Part shown: positions 1 through 10,130 of the stretch, in pieces
How the letters are laid out: every line of letters begins with the position of its first letter
Position numbering within the stretch: position 1 is the stretch's first letter
Assembly: GCA_013178015.1 (NCBI GenBank)
Contig: JABLXR010000031.1
Span: forward strand, 21,108 to 85,107
Direction of reading: 5' to 3'
Source: Anaerolineae bacterium
GTDB taxonomy: Bacteria; Chloroflexota; Anaerolineae; DRVO01
DNA: 64,000 nt
The notes under the pieces: model-generated
What the model saw: the letters and a program-made list of their open reading frames with translations, nothing else
Told to the model about the DNA's origin: nothing
Database searches by the model: none
Program-made: the position numbers and the translations under genes

Positions 1-428
1 CAGACGAGGTGGGGACGTTCCGGGGCCTGTGTGCTGAGTTCTGCGGGCTGCAGCACGCTCAGATGCAGTTCCTGGTGATCTCTCACCCGGAGAGCGACTA
101 CGTCGCCTGGCTGGGGCAGCAGGCTCAGCCGGCACCGACGCCCGGATTCGAGAGCACGCTGCGCGGCCTCGAGATCTTCCTCAGCTCGGCCTGTGTCGGC
201 TGCCACACCATCAGGGGGACCACTGCCATTGGCACGCTGGGCCCGGATCTCACTCACGTCGCTAGCCGAAAGGAGCTCGCTGCCGGCACAGTGGACAACA
301 CAGTCGGCAACCTCGCCGGCTGGATCCTGGATTCCCAAAGCCTCAAGCAGGGCAACCTCATGCCTCCCATGCCCATGCCTCCCGAGGACCTGCTGGCTCT
401 TCTGAGCTACATGGAGACGCTCCGGTGA
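1..428 (+). CDS. ctaC: cytochrome c oxidase subunit II with fused C-terminal cytochrome c domain (caa3-type); 5' end lies outside the window
   Basis: The CuA-centre motif is present (…LCAEFCGLQHAQMQF…), followed by a c-type haem motif CVGCHTIRG. The reading frame is open to base 1, and the next gene is subunit I. Confidence 0.85.
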   Translation, partial: DEVGTFRGLCAEFCGLQHAQMQFLVISHPESDYVAWLGQQAQPAPTPGFESTLRGLEIFLSSACVGCHTIRGTTAIGTLGPDLTHVASRKELAAGTVDNTVGNLAGWILDSQSLKQGNLMPPMPMPPEDLLALLSYMETLR

Positions 429-462
429 TGTCCATGCCCCTGCCGCCGACCGGGAGACCAGC

Positions 463-2334
463 ATGAAGGAAACCGTGAACTACCAGGAGCTGATGCGAGT
501 CTGGCGGAACCCCACCGGCCTGGCGTCGCTGACCCTGGTCAATCATAAGGCAGTCGGGCTCCGCTACATCGTGACCGCGTTCGTGTTCTTCGGATTTGGC
601 GGCCTCCTGGCCCTGACCATGCTGCTCCAGCTCTCCCGTCCCGGCCTCAGCATTCTGTCGCCCTACACCTACAACCAGTTCTTCACCATGCACGGGACGA
701 CTCAGATGTTCCTCTTCGCCGTCCCCGTCATGGAGGGCCTGGGTATCTACCTAGTTCCCCTGATGATCGGCGCCCGAGATGCAGCCTTTCCTCGCCTGAA
801 TGCCTTTGGCTACTGGGTGTACCTGATCGCTGGCGTCACTCTCTACGCCAGCCTGCTCCTGGGGCGCGCTCCAGATGCGGGCTGGTTCAACTACGTGCCC
901 CTATCGGGCCCCGAGTATTCCCCCAATGTGAACATAGACTTCTACACCGCTGCCATCTCCTTTCTGGAGATCGCCGCTCTGGTAGCGGCCGTCGAACTCA
1001 TAGTTACCATCTTCAAGCTGCGGGCCCCCGGCATGTCCATCAACCGCATGCCCCTGTTCGTGTGGGCCATCTTGGTAATGTCGTTCATGATCGTGTTCGC
1101 CTTCCCTCCGCTGGTGCTGGGATCCATCATGCTGCAACTGGATCGGATGGTGGGCACTCACTTCTTCAACGTGGCCGCCGGGGGCAACCCACTCCTATGG
1201 CAGCACCTGTTCTGGTGGTTCGGCCACCCCGAGGTCTACATCATTGCCATTCCCGCGTTCGGGATGATATCCATGGTCATACCAGTGTTCGCTCGGCGGC
1301 ACATCATCGGCTATCTGCCGGTGGCCCTGTCCCTCCTGACCATCGGCCTGGTCAGCTTCGGCCTCTGGGTGCACCACATGTTCACTACCAGCGTCAGCTT
1401 CCTGGGCATGAGCCTCTTCGCCGCTGCCAGCATGGCCATCGCCATCCCGAGCGGCGTCCAGGTGTTCGCCTGGGTTGGCACCATCTACGAGAGCCGGCGG
1501 CTCCTCTGGCGGACGCCCCTGCTTTTCTCCTCCGGGTTCGTGGTCCTGTTCGTGCTCGGGGGAATCACTGGAGTCATGGTAGCCTCGGTGCCATTCGATT
1601 GGCAGGTGCAGGACAGCCATTTCGTCACCGCGCACTTCCACTACGTGCTGATCGGAGGGGCTGTGTTCCCTCTCTTCGCCGGCCTGTACTACTGGTACCC
1701 CAAGCTCACGGGCAGGTTGCTCGACGAACGCCTCGGGCGCCTGAGCTTCTGGCTCATGTTCGTGGGCTTCAACGTGGCCTTCTTCACCATGCACTACACT
1801 GGCTTCATGGGGATGCCCCGGCGGGTCTCCACCTACATGTTCGGCCGCGGGTGGGACACACCTATGCTCATCACCGCAGTGGGCGCGTTCGTGCTGGCTG
1901 CAGGCATCGCCGTCACCCTGGTGGCGGCCATTAGCGCCCACACACGACCTGCTGACGCTCCGGCCGACCCCTGGGGTGGAGGCACGCTCGAGTGGGCTAC
2001 GGCGTCGCCTCCCCCGCCCTACAATTTCGAGATGATTCCGGCGGTGAACCACCGGACGCCCCTCTGGCCGGCCACGGGACAGGTGGGCCCGGCGGACACC
2101 TACTACCACCCTCGCGACGATCAGCGGGAGACCATTGGGACCTCAATTCTCGACGCTGAGCCCCAGCAGCGCGTTCTGCTGGCGGGCAATTCTGTCTGGC
2201 CTGTGTTGCTCGCTCTGGCAGTGGCAATCACCTTCATAGGCTCTATCGTCACTTTGGTCGCCGTACCGATCGGCGCCTTCCTCAGCTTCATCGCCATAGC
2301 GGGGTGGAACTGGCCCCGCGAGGTCGGTGCATGA
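463..2334 (+). CDS. ctaD: cytochrome c oxidase subunit I (haem-copper oxidase catalytic subunit), 623 aa with C-terminal extension
   Basis: Hallmark motifs WFFGHPEVYIIAIPAFG and HHMFT are present, with about 12 or more TM segments. It sits between subunits II and III. Confidence 0.95.
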   Translation: MKETVNYQELMRVWRNPTGLASLTLVNHKAVGLRYIVTAFVFFGFGGLLALTMLLQLSRPGLSILSPYTYNQFFTMHGTTQMFLFAVPVMEGLGIYLVPLMIGARDAAFPRLNAFGYWVYLIAGVTLYASLLLGRAPDAGWFNYVPLSGPEYSPNVNIDFYTAAISFLEIAALVAAVELIVTIFKLRAPGMSINRMPLFVWAILVMSFMIVFAFPPLVLGSIMLQLDRMVGTHFFNVAAGGNPLLWQHLFWWFGHPEVYIIAIPAFGMISMVIPVFARRHIIGYLPVALSLLTIGLVSFGLWVHHMFTTSVSFLGMSLFAAASMAIAIPSGVQVFAWVGTIYESRRLLWRTPLLFSSGFVVLFVLGGITGVMVASVPFDWQVQDSHFVTAHFHYVLIGGAVFPLFAGLYYWYPKLTGRLLDERLGRLSFWLMFVGFNVAFFTMHYTGFMGMPRRVSTYMFGRGWDTPMLITAVGAFVLAAGIAVTLVAAISAHTRPADAPADPWGGGTLEWATASPPPPYNFEMIPAVNHRTPLWPATGQVGPADTYYHPRDDQRETIGTSILDAEPQQRVLLAGNSVWPVLLALAVAITFIGSIVTLVAVPIGAFLSFIAIAGWNWPREVGA

Positions 2335-2942
2335 TGGCGACCGAGCCCCGAGTCGTATCTGCCGAGAGCCTTCCCCTCAACCTCAACGATAACCGCGCGC
2401 CTCTGTGGTGGGGCATGTGGGGGCTCATAGCCATCGAGGCCACGCTGTTCGCTGCCCTGCTGGTCAGCTACTACTACCTCCGGCACTCTGCTCCCGAATG
2501 GCCCCTTGGCGGCATCGAGGAACCCGAGCTTCTCCTCCCCACCGTCAACACTGCCATCATTCTGGTCAGCAGCGTCCCGGTGGCTTGGGCTGACCGGGGC
2601 ATAAGGCGGGGACTGCGGACTCGGCTCGCCGCCGGCTGGTCGGTGGCGGTCATACTGGGACTGGCTTTCCTGGCCATCAAGTACGTCGAGATGAGTAGCC
2701 TAGCGTACCGATGGGACACCAACGCCTACGGTTCCATCGTATGGACCATCATTGGGTTCCACACGGCCCACGTCATGGCCCTGATGCTCAAGACCGTGGT
2801 GGTGCTGACTCTGGCTCTGCGCGGCTACTTCACGGAAAGTCGCAACGTGGGGGTGCAGATCAACGGCCTATACTGGCACTTCGTGGTGGCTGTGTGGATA
2901 CCCATCTACCTTACGATCTACATCTCCCCCAGGCTGCTGTAG
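2331..2942 (+). CDS. ctaE: cytochrome c oxidase subunit III
   Basis: The ATG at 2331 overlaps the ctaD stop (ATGA). The TM-rich sequence MWGLIAIEATLFAALLVSYYYL… is typical of subunit III. The six-frame ORF from 2304 is an N-terminal over-extension. Confidence 0.85.
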   Translation: MMATEPRVVSAESLPLNLNDNRAPLWWGMWGLIAIEATLFAALLVSYYYLRHSAPEWPLGGIEEPELLLPTVNTAIILVSSVPVAWADRGIRRGLRTRLAAGWSVAVILGLAFLAIKYVEMSSLAYRWDTNAYGSIVWTIIGFHTAHVMALMLKTVVVLTLALRGYFTESRNVGVQINGLYWHFVVAVWIPIYLTIYISPRLL

Positions 2943-2955
2943 CACGGGAGGACCC

Positions 2956-3342
2956 ATGTGCGAAGGCGAAGCAGGCACCACTCAAGGCAACCGGGAGAGC
3001 CTTCGGCAATGGTTCGGCACCGTCGGGTCGGCAGCAGCCTGGGCCCTCCACCTGGCGATCACCTATCCCTTGGTGGAGCTCTCCTGCGCTACCGGAGGTC
3101 GGGTGTTCCTGTTCGCGGCCAGCGCGGTGCTGGGGCTGGTCGCCGTGGCCTCCTGGTGGGTCTCCTGGCGGCGCTGGCGCAGCATGAGCCCACAAGAGAG
3201 GGGCAGCCTGGTGAATTCGATGGAGGGAACCAGACAGGGGTTTCTGGTCTACGCCGGTGTGCTGGCCGGAGGGCTTTTCATGCTCGCCATCGTTCTGGCC
3301 ACGTTACCCGTGTTCTTCATAGACCCATGCGCCCGCTTCTAG
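2956..3342 (+). CDS. small 3-4 TM membrane protein, putative caa3 oxidase subunit IV
   Basis: A hydrophobic 128-aa ORF immediately downstream of ctaE in the same orientation. No motif was recognised; the assignment rests on position and topology only. Confidence 0.45.
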   Translation: MCEGEAGTTQGNRESLRQWFGTVGSAAAWALHLAITYPLVELSCATGGRVFLFAASAVLGLVAVASWWVSWRRWRSMSPQERGSLVNSMEGTRQGFLVYAGVLAGGLFMLAIVLATLPVFFIDPCARF

Positions 3343-3451
3343 CTCAGGGCCCAGGCCAGCCGCCGCCGGACCTTCCGACGGGGTGTGCCGTCCCAATGCC
3401 AGACCTCAGCTGCACCGGATCGGTTTCCAGCGAGTCGCAGGCCGGTCTGAC

Positions 3452-4000
3452 ATGAGGAAGAAGGCCGTGACCGGCTATCGCAGCAGCATGGCACGCAAGG
3501 CCGCCACACTCAGTCTGGCTCTGGTCATCTTGGCCTGTGGCTCTGCGCCCGGCCAGCCGGTGCACGAGGTGCCGGGAGGCGACCCTGTCCGCGCTGCCGA
3601 GGCCTTCCGGGTCCGCGGGTGTGTCTCGTGCCATACCATTCCCGGCATCCGCCTGGCCAACGCCACGGTAGGCCCGCCTCTGACCGATTTCGCTGATCGC
3701 ATGTACATCGCGGGCACCCTCTTGAACACCACCGACAACCTCCTCACCTGGATCCTCACCCCCCAGGCGGTGGAGCCCGGCACTGCCATGCCCAACATGG
3801 GCATGACGGAGCAGGAAGCACGCGACATGACCGCCTACCTCTATACCCTCACCCGTCACGGCGAGCCACGCACCCGCTCTAGCTCGGTTCCCAGTCACAC
3901 ACACGCCTCCGGCGGGGCATCGGCAACCTCGCGAGACGCGGTGGCCGTCGGGCAACGAGGGATCACGCTTACAGACCCGTCTCACCCCCCTCATCGGTGA
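3452..4000 (+). CDS. class I cytochrome c (c551/c552-like) lipoprotein with low-complexity C-terminal tail
   Basis: The ATG at 3452 is followed by a signal/lipobox (LALVILACGS), a CVSCH haem site and the conserved distal Met region (…GTAMPNMG…). The ORF from 3383 is probably an over-extension. Confidence 0.75.
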   Translation: MRKKAVTGYRSSMARKAATLSLALVILACGSAPGQPVHEVPGGDPVRAAEAFRVRGCVSCHTIPGIRLANATVGPPLTDFADRMYIAGTLLNTTDNLLTWILTPQAVEPGTAMPNMGMTEQEARDMTAYLYTLTRHGEPRTRSSSVPSHTHASGGASATSRDAVAVGQRGITLTDPSHPPHR

Positions 4001-4174
4001 GGCCGCGTCCATAGGCGCCTGACGACGGGTCTTGGCACGCCGGCCAAGCCTGTGTCCTTCTTCTCTGCCTCGCGTGCGCCAGCCTGGGGCAGGTTGGGGT
4101 ATAATAGCCTGACCCCACCCCATGGACCCAGGCCGCGTCAGGGTGACGCGGGAGGCCGCAGCAGAGAGGGAGGC

Positions 4175-4708
4175 ATGCCTGAACCGGAAACCATGAAGAG
4201 GCCGGCGCTACTGGACGTGCGCAAGCTGGCTTCGAGCGGCGCCCTGGGGACAGTGCGCTCCTACTATGAGGCCGGAAGCGCCTGGCTGGTTCCAGTGGCA
4301 CTGGCTGCAACTGTGATCTTCACCGCCATGGCGGTGGGCATGCTGCTGCTCTACGGTCAGGGTGGCGCTGCTCAGCCGGCGCCTAGCGCCACTGCGCTTC
4401 CCCTGCCCACCGACACGGCTACGCCCCCGCCCACCATAGAGCCAACGCCTACGGCCGAGCCCACCGCCACTGCCACCCCGGAACCGACCGCCACCCCCAG
4501 CCCGACGCCGCGCCCCACACCTACGCCCACCCCGCCGCCCACGGCCACGCCTGTCCCCATCACCTATACCGTGGAGGCAGGTGACACTCTGAGCGCCATC
4601 GCCCGGGCCCAGGATGTCTCTCTGCAAGCTCTGATAGAGGCCAACGACATCGAGGACCCCAATCGCATCCGCGTGGGTCAGGTCCTGATCATACCACGGT
4701 CGGAGTAG
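4175..4708 (+). CDS. LysM-domain membrane-anchored protein with Pro/Thr-rich linker
   Basis: AGAGGGAGG lies upstream of the ATG at 4175. There is an N-terminal TM helix and a low-complexity PTPTAEPTATATPEPTATPSPTPRPTPTPTPP linker. The C-terminal LysM motif reads YTVEAGDTLSAIA…ANDIEDPNRIRVGQVLIIP. Confidence 0.75.
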   Translation: MPEPETMKRPALLDVRKLASSGALGTVRSYYEAGSAWLVPVALAATVIFTAMAVGMLLLYGQGGAAQPAPSATALPLPTDTATPPPTIEPTPTAEPTATATPEPTATPSPTPRPTPTPTPPPTATPVPITYTVEAGDTLSAIARAQDVSLQALIEANDIEDPNRIRVGQVLIIPRSE

Positions 4709-4720
4709 AGGCGGCCGGCC

Positions 4721-5590
4721 TCAGACCCCGCTGTAGGCGCTGAAGCCCCCGTCTACGGGCAACACCACCCCGGTCACGTAGCGGGCCGCGTCCGACAGCA
4801 GGAACAGAGTGGCTGCTACCAGGTCCTCGGGCCCGCCGAAGCGGCCGGCGGGTGTGTGCTCGATGATCCGCTGCCCTCGCGCAGTCAACTCCCCCGAGCG
4901 CTCGTCCATGAGGAGATAGCGGTTCTGCGCGGTGAGGAAGAAGCCAGGCGCCAGGGCATTCACCCGGATGCCGGGCGAGTACTCCTGTGCCATGTGGACG
5001 GCCAACCATTGGGTGAAGTTGCTCACCGCGGCCTTGGCTGCCGAGTAGGCGGGGATGCGAGTAAGCGGCCGAAAGGCGTTCATAGAAGATACGTTCAGGA
5101 TGACACCCTGCCCGTGTTCCTGCATCAGGCGACCGAATACCTGACTGGCCAGGAACGTTCCCACGAAGTTGAGGTCAAACACCCAGCGGACGGCCTCCTG
5201 GGGCAGATCGAAGAACTCCCGCTCGGTCCCCGTGGTAGCCTCAGCCCGGTTGCCCCCGGCCCCGTTGATCAGGAAGTCCACCCGTCCGAATCGATCCACC
5301 ACGCGAAGCGCCGACTGTGCCAAGTCCTCCGGAGCGAGCACGTCACAGCGAACGCCTATCCCCTGCCCGCCTTGGTCCCGGATGGCAGAGGCGACCGCCT
5401 CGGCCGCCGCCTCCGATAGATCCAGAACCGCCACCTGAGCGCCGGCCCGAGCCAGTGCCTGGGCCACCGCGCCGAAGAGGACTCCCCCGCCGCCGGTAAT
5501 GACGGCCACCTTGCCTTGCAGGGCAAACAGATCGGCCAGGTACCGGGCTGGATCTCTCATAGACTCGCCAAGAGTGCCGGCGCCCATCAC
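4721..5590 (-). CDS. SDR-family NAD(P)-dependent oxidoreductase
   Basis: The Rossmann motif VAVITGGGGVLFG is present, with the catalytic YSAAK (YxxxK) and the SDR PG motif (NALAPGFF). Confidence 0.85.
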   Translation of the reverse strand: MMGAGTLGESMRDPARYLADLFALQGKVAVITGGGGVLFGAVAQALARAGAQVAVLDLSEAAAEAVASAIRDQGGQGIGVRCDVLAPEDLAQSALRVVDRFGRVDFLINGAGGNRAEATTGTEREFFDLPQEAVRWVFDLNFVGTFLASQVFGRLMQEHGQGVILNVSSMNAFRPLTRIPAYSAAKAAVSNFTQWLAVHMAQEYSPGIRVNALAPGFFLTAQNRYLLMDERSGELTARGQRIIEHTPAGRFGGPEDLVAATLFLLSDAARYVTGVVLPVDGGFSAYSGV

Positions 5591-6789
5591 CGACCGAACA
5601 CCCCCTGTCGGTCGAACTCGGCGATCTCCTCAGAGGAGTAGCCCAGCTCGGCCAACACCTCCTCGGTGTGTTGACCCAGATCCGGCGGAGGCATCCTTAG
5701 AGTGGCGGGCGTGCCGTAGAGCCGCACCGGCGTGCCGAACAGCTTGAGTGTGCCGGCGCGAGGGTGATCCATCTCTACCACCATCTCGTTGGCGGCCAAC
5801 TGCGGGTCCGCTGCCGCCTCTTCAAACGAGTTCACGTGCCCGCACAGGATGCCGAGAGGTTCCAGGTAGGCGATCCACTCATCGGTGGTCTTCTCCATGA
5901 ATCGCCCGGCGAGCACATCGTTGATTTCCTCCGCCCGCTCGAGCCGGTCGGCGTCGGTAGCGTACCGAGGGTCTTGAGAGAGATCGCCTATGCCCAAGGC
6001 CAGAGACAGATCCCGCAGAGCGTCGGAGGAGAACACCGGCGAGATCTCGATGAAGCTGTCGCGCGTGCGAAACGCCTTGCGAATGACCTTCTCCGTCACT
6101 TCGATGCCGACCTGCGCCGAAATGCGTTCCCGGTTCAGGATGCCCCCGCCCTCCCACGTATGGGCGTGGAAGGCGGCGCTGAAGAGGTCGGTAGTAACTA
6201 GCTGGCCTCGGCCGGTGCGTTCCCGGGCCAGAAGGGCCATGAGAATGCCCTGCACCAGCAGGAGACCGGCCGGGTAATCGGCCGACATGCCGACCGGAAC
6301 CGGCAGGCCATCTGCGCCCAGTGGTTCGAACCATCCTGCCTCGGCCCGGGCCAGCACGTCGTGGCCTCCTCGCCCACGCTCTACGTATGGTCCCCGATCC
6401 CCCCAGCCGCTGGACCGAGCGTACACCAGCCGCGGGTGCACCACCGCCAGATCCTCGTACCCTAGCCCCAGCCGTTCCATGGTGCCCGGTCGGAAGTTAT
6501 GCACCAGCACGTCCGCCGTGAGCACCAGCCTGTGGATGATCTGCTTGCCCCCCTCGGTACGCAGATCCAGAGCCACGCTGCGCTTGTTGCGGTTGAGGCT
6601 GGCGAACGGCATGCTAACCCCGTCCACGTACGGCCCCCAGCTTCGGCTCCAATCGCCCGATCCAGGGCGCTCAATCTTGATCACGTCGGCGCCGAAGTCC
6701 GCCATCAACTGCGTCCCTACCGGGCCCTGGTACACGTGACTGAAGTCCACCACCCGGATGCCCTCCAGGGCCGCCGTGCAACCGGCCAA
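5587..6789 (-). CDS. family III CoA-transferase (CaiB/BaiF family)
   Basis: The motif GIRVVDFSHVYQGPVGTQLMADFGADVIKIERPG is typical of CaiB/BaiF. The start was reassigned to the TTG at 6789, which follows GGGGAGGG and lies directly after the upstream gene stop at 6821. The ORF extending to 6924 overlaps the hydratase gene. Confidence 0.8.
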   Translation of the reverse strand: MAGCTAALEGIRVVDFSHVYQGPVGTQLMADFGADVIKIERPGSGDWSRSWGPYVDGVSMPFASLNRNKRSVALDLRTEGGKQIIHRLVLTADVLVHNFRPGTMERLGLGYEDLAVVHPRLVYARSSGWGDRGPYVERGRGGHDVLARAEAGWFEPLGADGLPVPVGMSADYPAGLLLVQGILMALLARERTGRGQLVTTDLFSAAFHAHTWEGGGILNRERISAQVGIEVTEKVIRKAFRTRDSFIEISPVFSSDALRDLSLALGIGDLSQDPRYATDADRLERAEEINDVLAGRFMEKTTDEWIAYLEPLGILCGHVNSFEEAAADPQLAANEMVVEMDHPRAGTLKLFGTPVRLYGTPATLRMPPPDLGQHTEEVLAELGYSSEEIAEFDRQGVFGR

Positions 6790-6820
6790 GTTTCCCTCCC
6801 CTTCCAGCGCTGGCCCTTCG

Positions 6821-7603
6821 CTATCGCCCCAGCCAGGTCGGCCGGCGCTTCTCGGCGAAGGCCCGCGGTCCCTCGATGTAGTCCTGCGACTGCCGCAACC
6901 GACGCACTGCCTCCAAGCTCTCAATCCGACTGGCAGCCGCTTCCGGAGCCAGGTCCAGCAGAGTCACCGCCGCTTGCTTGGCAGCCTGGACGGCGAGGGG
7001 GGAGCACTGCAGCACCTCCGCCGCCCAGCGCTCTGCCGCCGGCATCAGCTCCGGGCCCGGCACCACTTCATTCACCAACCCCATGCGCAGGGCCTCGGCG
7101 GCACTCACAAACCGGCCGGTCAGCAACATCCCCATCGCCAGATGATAGGGAATGCGCCGCACCAGCTTCACCACCCCACCCTCATCCGCAAGGAGGCCGC
7201 GTCGGGGCTCGGGAAGGCCGAACTGGGCGTGATCGGCCGCCACCAGTATGTCACATGCCAGAGCCAGCTCCAGTCCGCCTCCGACAGCGTAGCCGTTGAT
7301 CGCCGCAATGATGGGTTTCCAGCAACCGTCCAGGGCTGCCGTCCCCACCACTGCCGGCCCCCTTAGCACGGCTTCTTCTGACTGCGAGACTCGGTACTTC
7401 AGGTCGGCGCCGGCGGAAAAGGCCCGCTCCCCCGCCCCCGTGAGGATGACCACCCAGACTCCATCGTCGGTGACAATGTCCTCGAAGACCTGCGCTAGCT
7501 CAGAGCGGGCCGGTGGGTGTAGCGCGTTCATCACCTCCGGTCTATTGATGGTTACGTAACCGACGTGGTCCCTCTTCTCGTAGAGCAAGTACTCGTACGG
7601 CAC
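6821..7603 (-). CDS. enoyl-CoA hydratase/isomerase (crotonase family)
   Basis: The oxyanion-hole region VILTGAGERAFSAGADLK is present. The GTG start at 7603 follows GGAGG and the upstream stop at 7626. The ORF from 7699 overlaps the upstream gene by 74 nt. Confidence 0.85.
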   Translation of the reverse strand: MPYEYLLYEKRDHVGYVTINRPEVMNALHPPARSELAQVFEDIVTDDGVWVVILTGAGERAFSAGADLKYRVSQSEEAVLRGPAVVGTAALDGCWKPIIAAINGYAVGGGLELALACDILVAADHAQFGLPEPRRGLLADEGGVVKLVRRIPYHLAMGMLLTGRFVSAAEALRMGLVNEVVPGPELMPAAERWAAEVLQCSPLAVQAAKQAAVTLLDLAPEAAASRIESLEAVRRLRQSQDYIEGPRAFAEKRRPTWLGR

Positions 7604-7625
7604 CCTCGCCTCCAGCGGAACCGGC

Positions 7626-8087
7626 CTAGCCGTCCTTCCGGGCCCAGTCGTAAGGTATCTCAGAGGTATGGGCCGGCAGCCGATACTCGTCAGGATCATC
7701 GTAATTGTACAGCTCGGTAGGGACGTTCACGATGAGCGTGAGGCTCTCTCCGATACCCTTGAAGCCATGGTAGACGCCCCTCGGTATCTTCACCAGCATG
7801 GGGTTGCGCTCGCCGATGAAGAACTCGTTGATGGTGCCCTGCGTGGGCGACCCCTCTCGGGCATCATAGAGCACCACCTTGGCCATCCCGCTCACGCAGA
7901 TGAAGTGATCGTCCTGCTTGCGGTGGTAATGCCACCCCTTGACCACACCCGGGTACACGGCAGTCACGTATACCTGGCCGAAGCGGTCGAACTCTGGCCA
8001 ATCGCTCCTGAGCATCTCCATGAGATAGCCACGCTCGTCCGGAATCAGGCGCAGCGGGCGCGTCACCACCCCTTCGATCAAGGCCAT
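7626..8087 (-). CDS. RmlC-like cupin (dTDP-sugar epimerase/ketoisomerase family) protein
   Basis: About 150 aa with WHYH and cupin-strand motifs (…VKGWHYHRKQDDHFICVSGMAKVVLYD…). Confidence 0.55.
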   Translation of the reverse strand: MALIEGVVTRPLRLIPDERGYLMEMLRSDWPEFDRFGQVYVTAVYPGVVKGWHYHRKQDDHFICVSGMAKVVLYDAREGSPTQGTINEFFIGERNPMLVKIPRGVYHGFKGIGESLTLIVNVPTELYNYDDPDEYRLPAHTSEIPYDWARKDG

Positions 8088-8127
8088 CTACCGATCCTCC
8101 CCACCGGCAACCTTCCGCGGGCGTTCA

Positions 8128-8931
8128 TCACACCGCTCGGGCAACCGCCAGCATCCTGGGCGAGCCCTCTTCGTAATCCGAGCCATCGTAGTCTCCGAAG
8201 ACCCCCTCCACCGCAAACGCCGTCCTCTCCAGAAGCAGCTCTAGCTCGGGACGATAGAACAGGTACAGCTCCGCCAGACAGGTCTCGCGGATGATCCTGT
8301 CCGGCCGCGCCAAGTCGTACACGCACCTTAGGCGCATCCGTTGAGCCGCCCGGTCCACCTCGGTTACCGACCACTCGTACAGGACTCCCTCGTCTGTGTC
8401 CGTCACCTGCTCCAGCACACAGGCTCCCTGCACTCCCCTCTCCAGCTCGAGGTGGGGGTTAGGCAGGTCCAGCACCAGGCGGCCCCCGGAGCTCAGACTG
8501 AACCGAGCCGCCTCCAGAACCTGCACTTGCTCTTCTCGGTGACCGAAGTGGTTGAAGGTATTGAGCGCCAACAGGGCCAGCGACGCGCCCCGACACACCG
8601 GCCGGCGCAGGTCGGCCCGCACCAGCTGCACCCTATCCGCTGCTTCCTGGCCTTCTAGCCTCGACCGCGCCCGGCACAGCATGGCGGGCGAACTCTCCAC
8701 GCCCAGGACGGCGACGCCCTCGTCCGCCAGCGGCATCAGCAGCCGGCCGGTACCACACCCGAGCTCCAGCACTAGGTGGCTACCTCGGGCCAGGTCGCGA
8801 TAGAAGGCCAGGTCCTCGACGTAGGCACCATGTCGCAGATCGTAGTACCGAGCCAGTCTTTCGAGCTCGGCGAATCGCCCTCCGCCCTGCGCCTCGGCCA
8901 GTCCCAGTGTGTCCGCCTCCCCGCGTGTCAC
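8128..8931 (-). CDS. class I SAM-dependent methyltransferase
   Basis: Motif I reads [12 protein letters not shown]. The protein is about 267 aa. Confidence 0.8.
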   Translation of the reverse strand: MTRGEADTLGLAEAQGGGRFAELERLARYYDLRHGAYVEDLAFYRDLARGSHLVLELGCGTGRLLMPLADEGVAVLGVESSPAMLCRARSRLEGQEAADRVQLVRADLRRPVCRGASLALLALNTFNHFGHREEQVQVLEAARFSLSSGGRLVLDLPNPHLELERGVQGACVLEQVTDTDEGVLYEWSVTEVDRAAQRMRLRCVYDLARPDRIIRETCLAELYLFYRPELELLLERTAFAVEGVFGDYDGSDYEEGSPRMLAVARAV

Positions 8932-10097
8932 AGTAGGATTCGATCGGCGAAGCTAGTGCCTGCGCCTCGGAAGCCCAGGCCCAGCAGCTCTGCCGCCGTA
9001 GCTCCCAAATCGGCGAACGTCCGCCTCACCCCGACATCTACGCCCTCCCGGAGGCCTTTTCCAAAGCAGAGCACCGGCACGTACTCGCGGGAGTGATCGG
9101 TACTAGCGGTAGTAGGGTCGCAGCCGTGGTCGGCACTGATGAACAGGACATCCTCCGGCCCGATCTCCTCCAACAGCGAGGGCAAGAAGGTATCGAACTC
9201 TACTAGCGCCTGGGCGAAGCCCTCGACGTCATTCCGGTGCCCGTAGAGCATGTCGAAGTCCACCAAGTTGCCGAAGATCAGCCCTCGAGGAGTGGACCGC
9301 ACGCACTGAAGCAACTGACGCAAGCTGTCCAGGTTGCCCGAAGTCTTGACGTCTTCGGTCAGCGATCGGTGGGCGAACAAGTCGCCCACCTTTCCCACAG
9401 CTACAGTCGGGAGGCCGGCCCGGTACGCGGCATCCAGAACGGTGTCGGCGGGAGGCTCCAGCCCGAAGTCCTTCCGCCTCTCGGTGCGGGTGAAGTGCCC
9501 CGGCTCCCCCACGAAAGGGCGGGCGATGACCCGCGCCACCCCGTGCTCCCCGCGGAGCAGCTCCCGCGCCACCCGACAGATGCGGTATAGCTCCTCGATC
9601 GGGATGACCTCCTCGTGAGCGGCGACCTGGAACACGCTATCGGCGCTGGTGTATACGATGGGAGAGCCCGTCCCAAGGTGCTCAGCGCCCAACTCCTGGA
9701 TGATCTCGGTACCCGATGCCACCTTGTTCCCCAGGACTCCCCTCCCGATGCGACCCGCGAACTCGGCGATGAGGTCCCTAGGGAAACCGTCGGGGTAGGT
9801 AGGGAACGGCCGTTCGGTGATGAGCCCGGCCAGCTCCCAGTGACCCACTATGGAGTCCTTCCCCGCGCTAGCCTCCGCCATCTTGCCGTAGCAGCCGCTC
9901 GGCTGCTCAGGGCAGGCCACCCCCTCGACCGGATGTAGACACCCGAGCCCGAGCGCCTCCAGGCTGGGCAGAGCCAGCCCCCCGAGATAGCGCGCGATGT
10001 TGCCCAGAGTGTCCGAGCCCTCATCTCCGTAGGCAGACGCGTCGGGGAGGGCGCCCACGCCCACGCTATCCAGAACCATCAAGATGCAGCGCTTCAT
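8928..10097 (-). CDS. deoB: phosphopentomutase
   Basis: The N-terminus [20 protein letters not shown]… and an alkaline-phosphatase-type metal site are present over 389 aa. There is a 4-nt overlap with the upstream gene. Confidence 0.9.
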   Translation of the reverse strand: MKRCILMVLDSVGVGALPDASAYGDEGSDTLGNIARYLGGLALPSLEALGLGCLHPVEGVACPEQPSGCYGKMAEASAGKDSIVGHWELAGLITERPFPTYPDGFPRDLIAEFAGRIGRGVLGNKVASGTEIIQELGAEHLGTGSPIVYTSADSVFQVAAHEEVIPIEELYRICRVARELLRGEHGVARVIARPFVGEPGHFTRTERRKDFGLEPPADTVLDAAYRAGLPTVAVGKVGDLFAHRSLTEDVKTSGNLDSLRQLLQCVRSTPRGLIFGNLVDFDMLYGHRNDVEGFAQALVEFDTFLPSLLEEIGPEDVLFISADHGCDPTTASTDHSREYVPVLCFGKGLREGVDVGVRRTFADLGATAAELLGLGFRGAGTSFADRILL

Positions 10098-10130
10098 CGC
10101 GACCCCGCGGGCCTGCCCCCCCGCGATGGC

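Noticed and set aside
1062-2109. Long ORFs on both strands inside ctaD (1062-1934 +, 1195-2109 -) and similar Arg/Pro/Gly-rich overlapping ORFs throughout the window
   Set aside because: They are typical GC-rich antisense or alternate-frame artefacts. They have low-complexity R/P/G/A composition and no motifs, and they overlap well-supported genes.
4372-4563. Minus-strand ORF encoding a GVGVG-rich peptide
   Set aside because: It is the antisense of the Pro/Thr-rich linker of the LysM gene, so it is a repeat-driven artefact.
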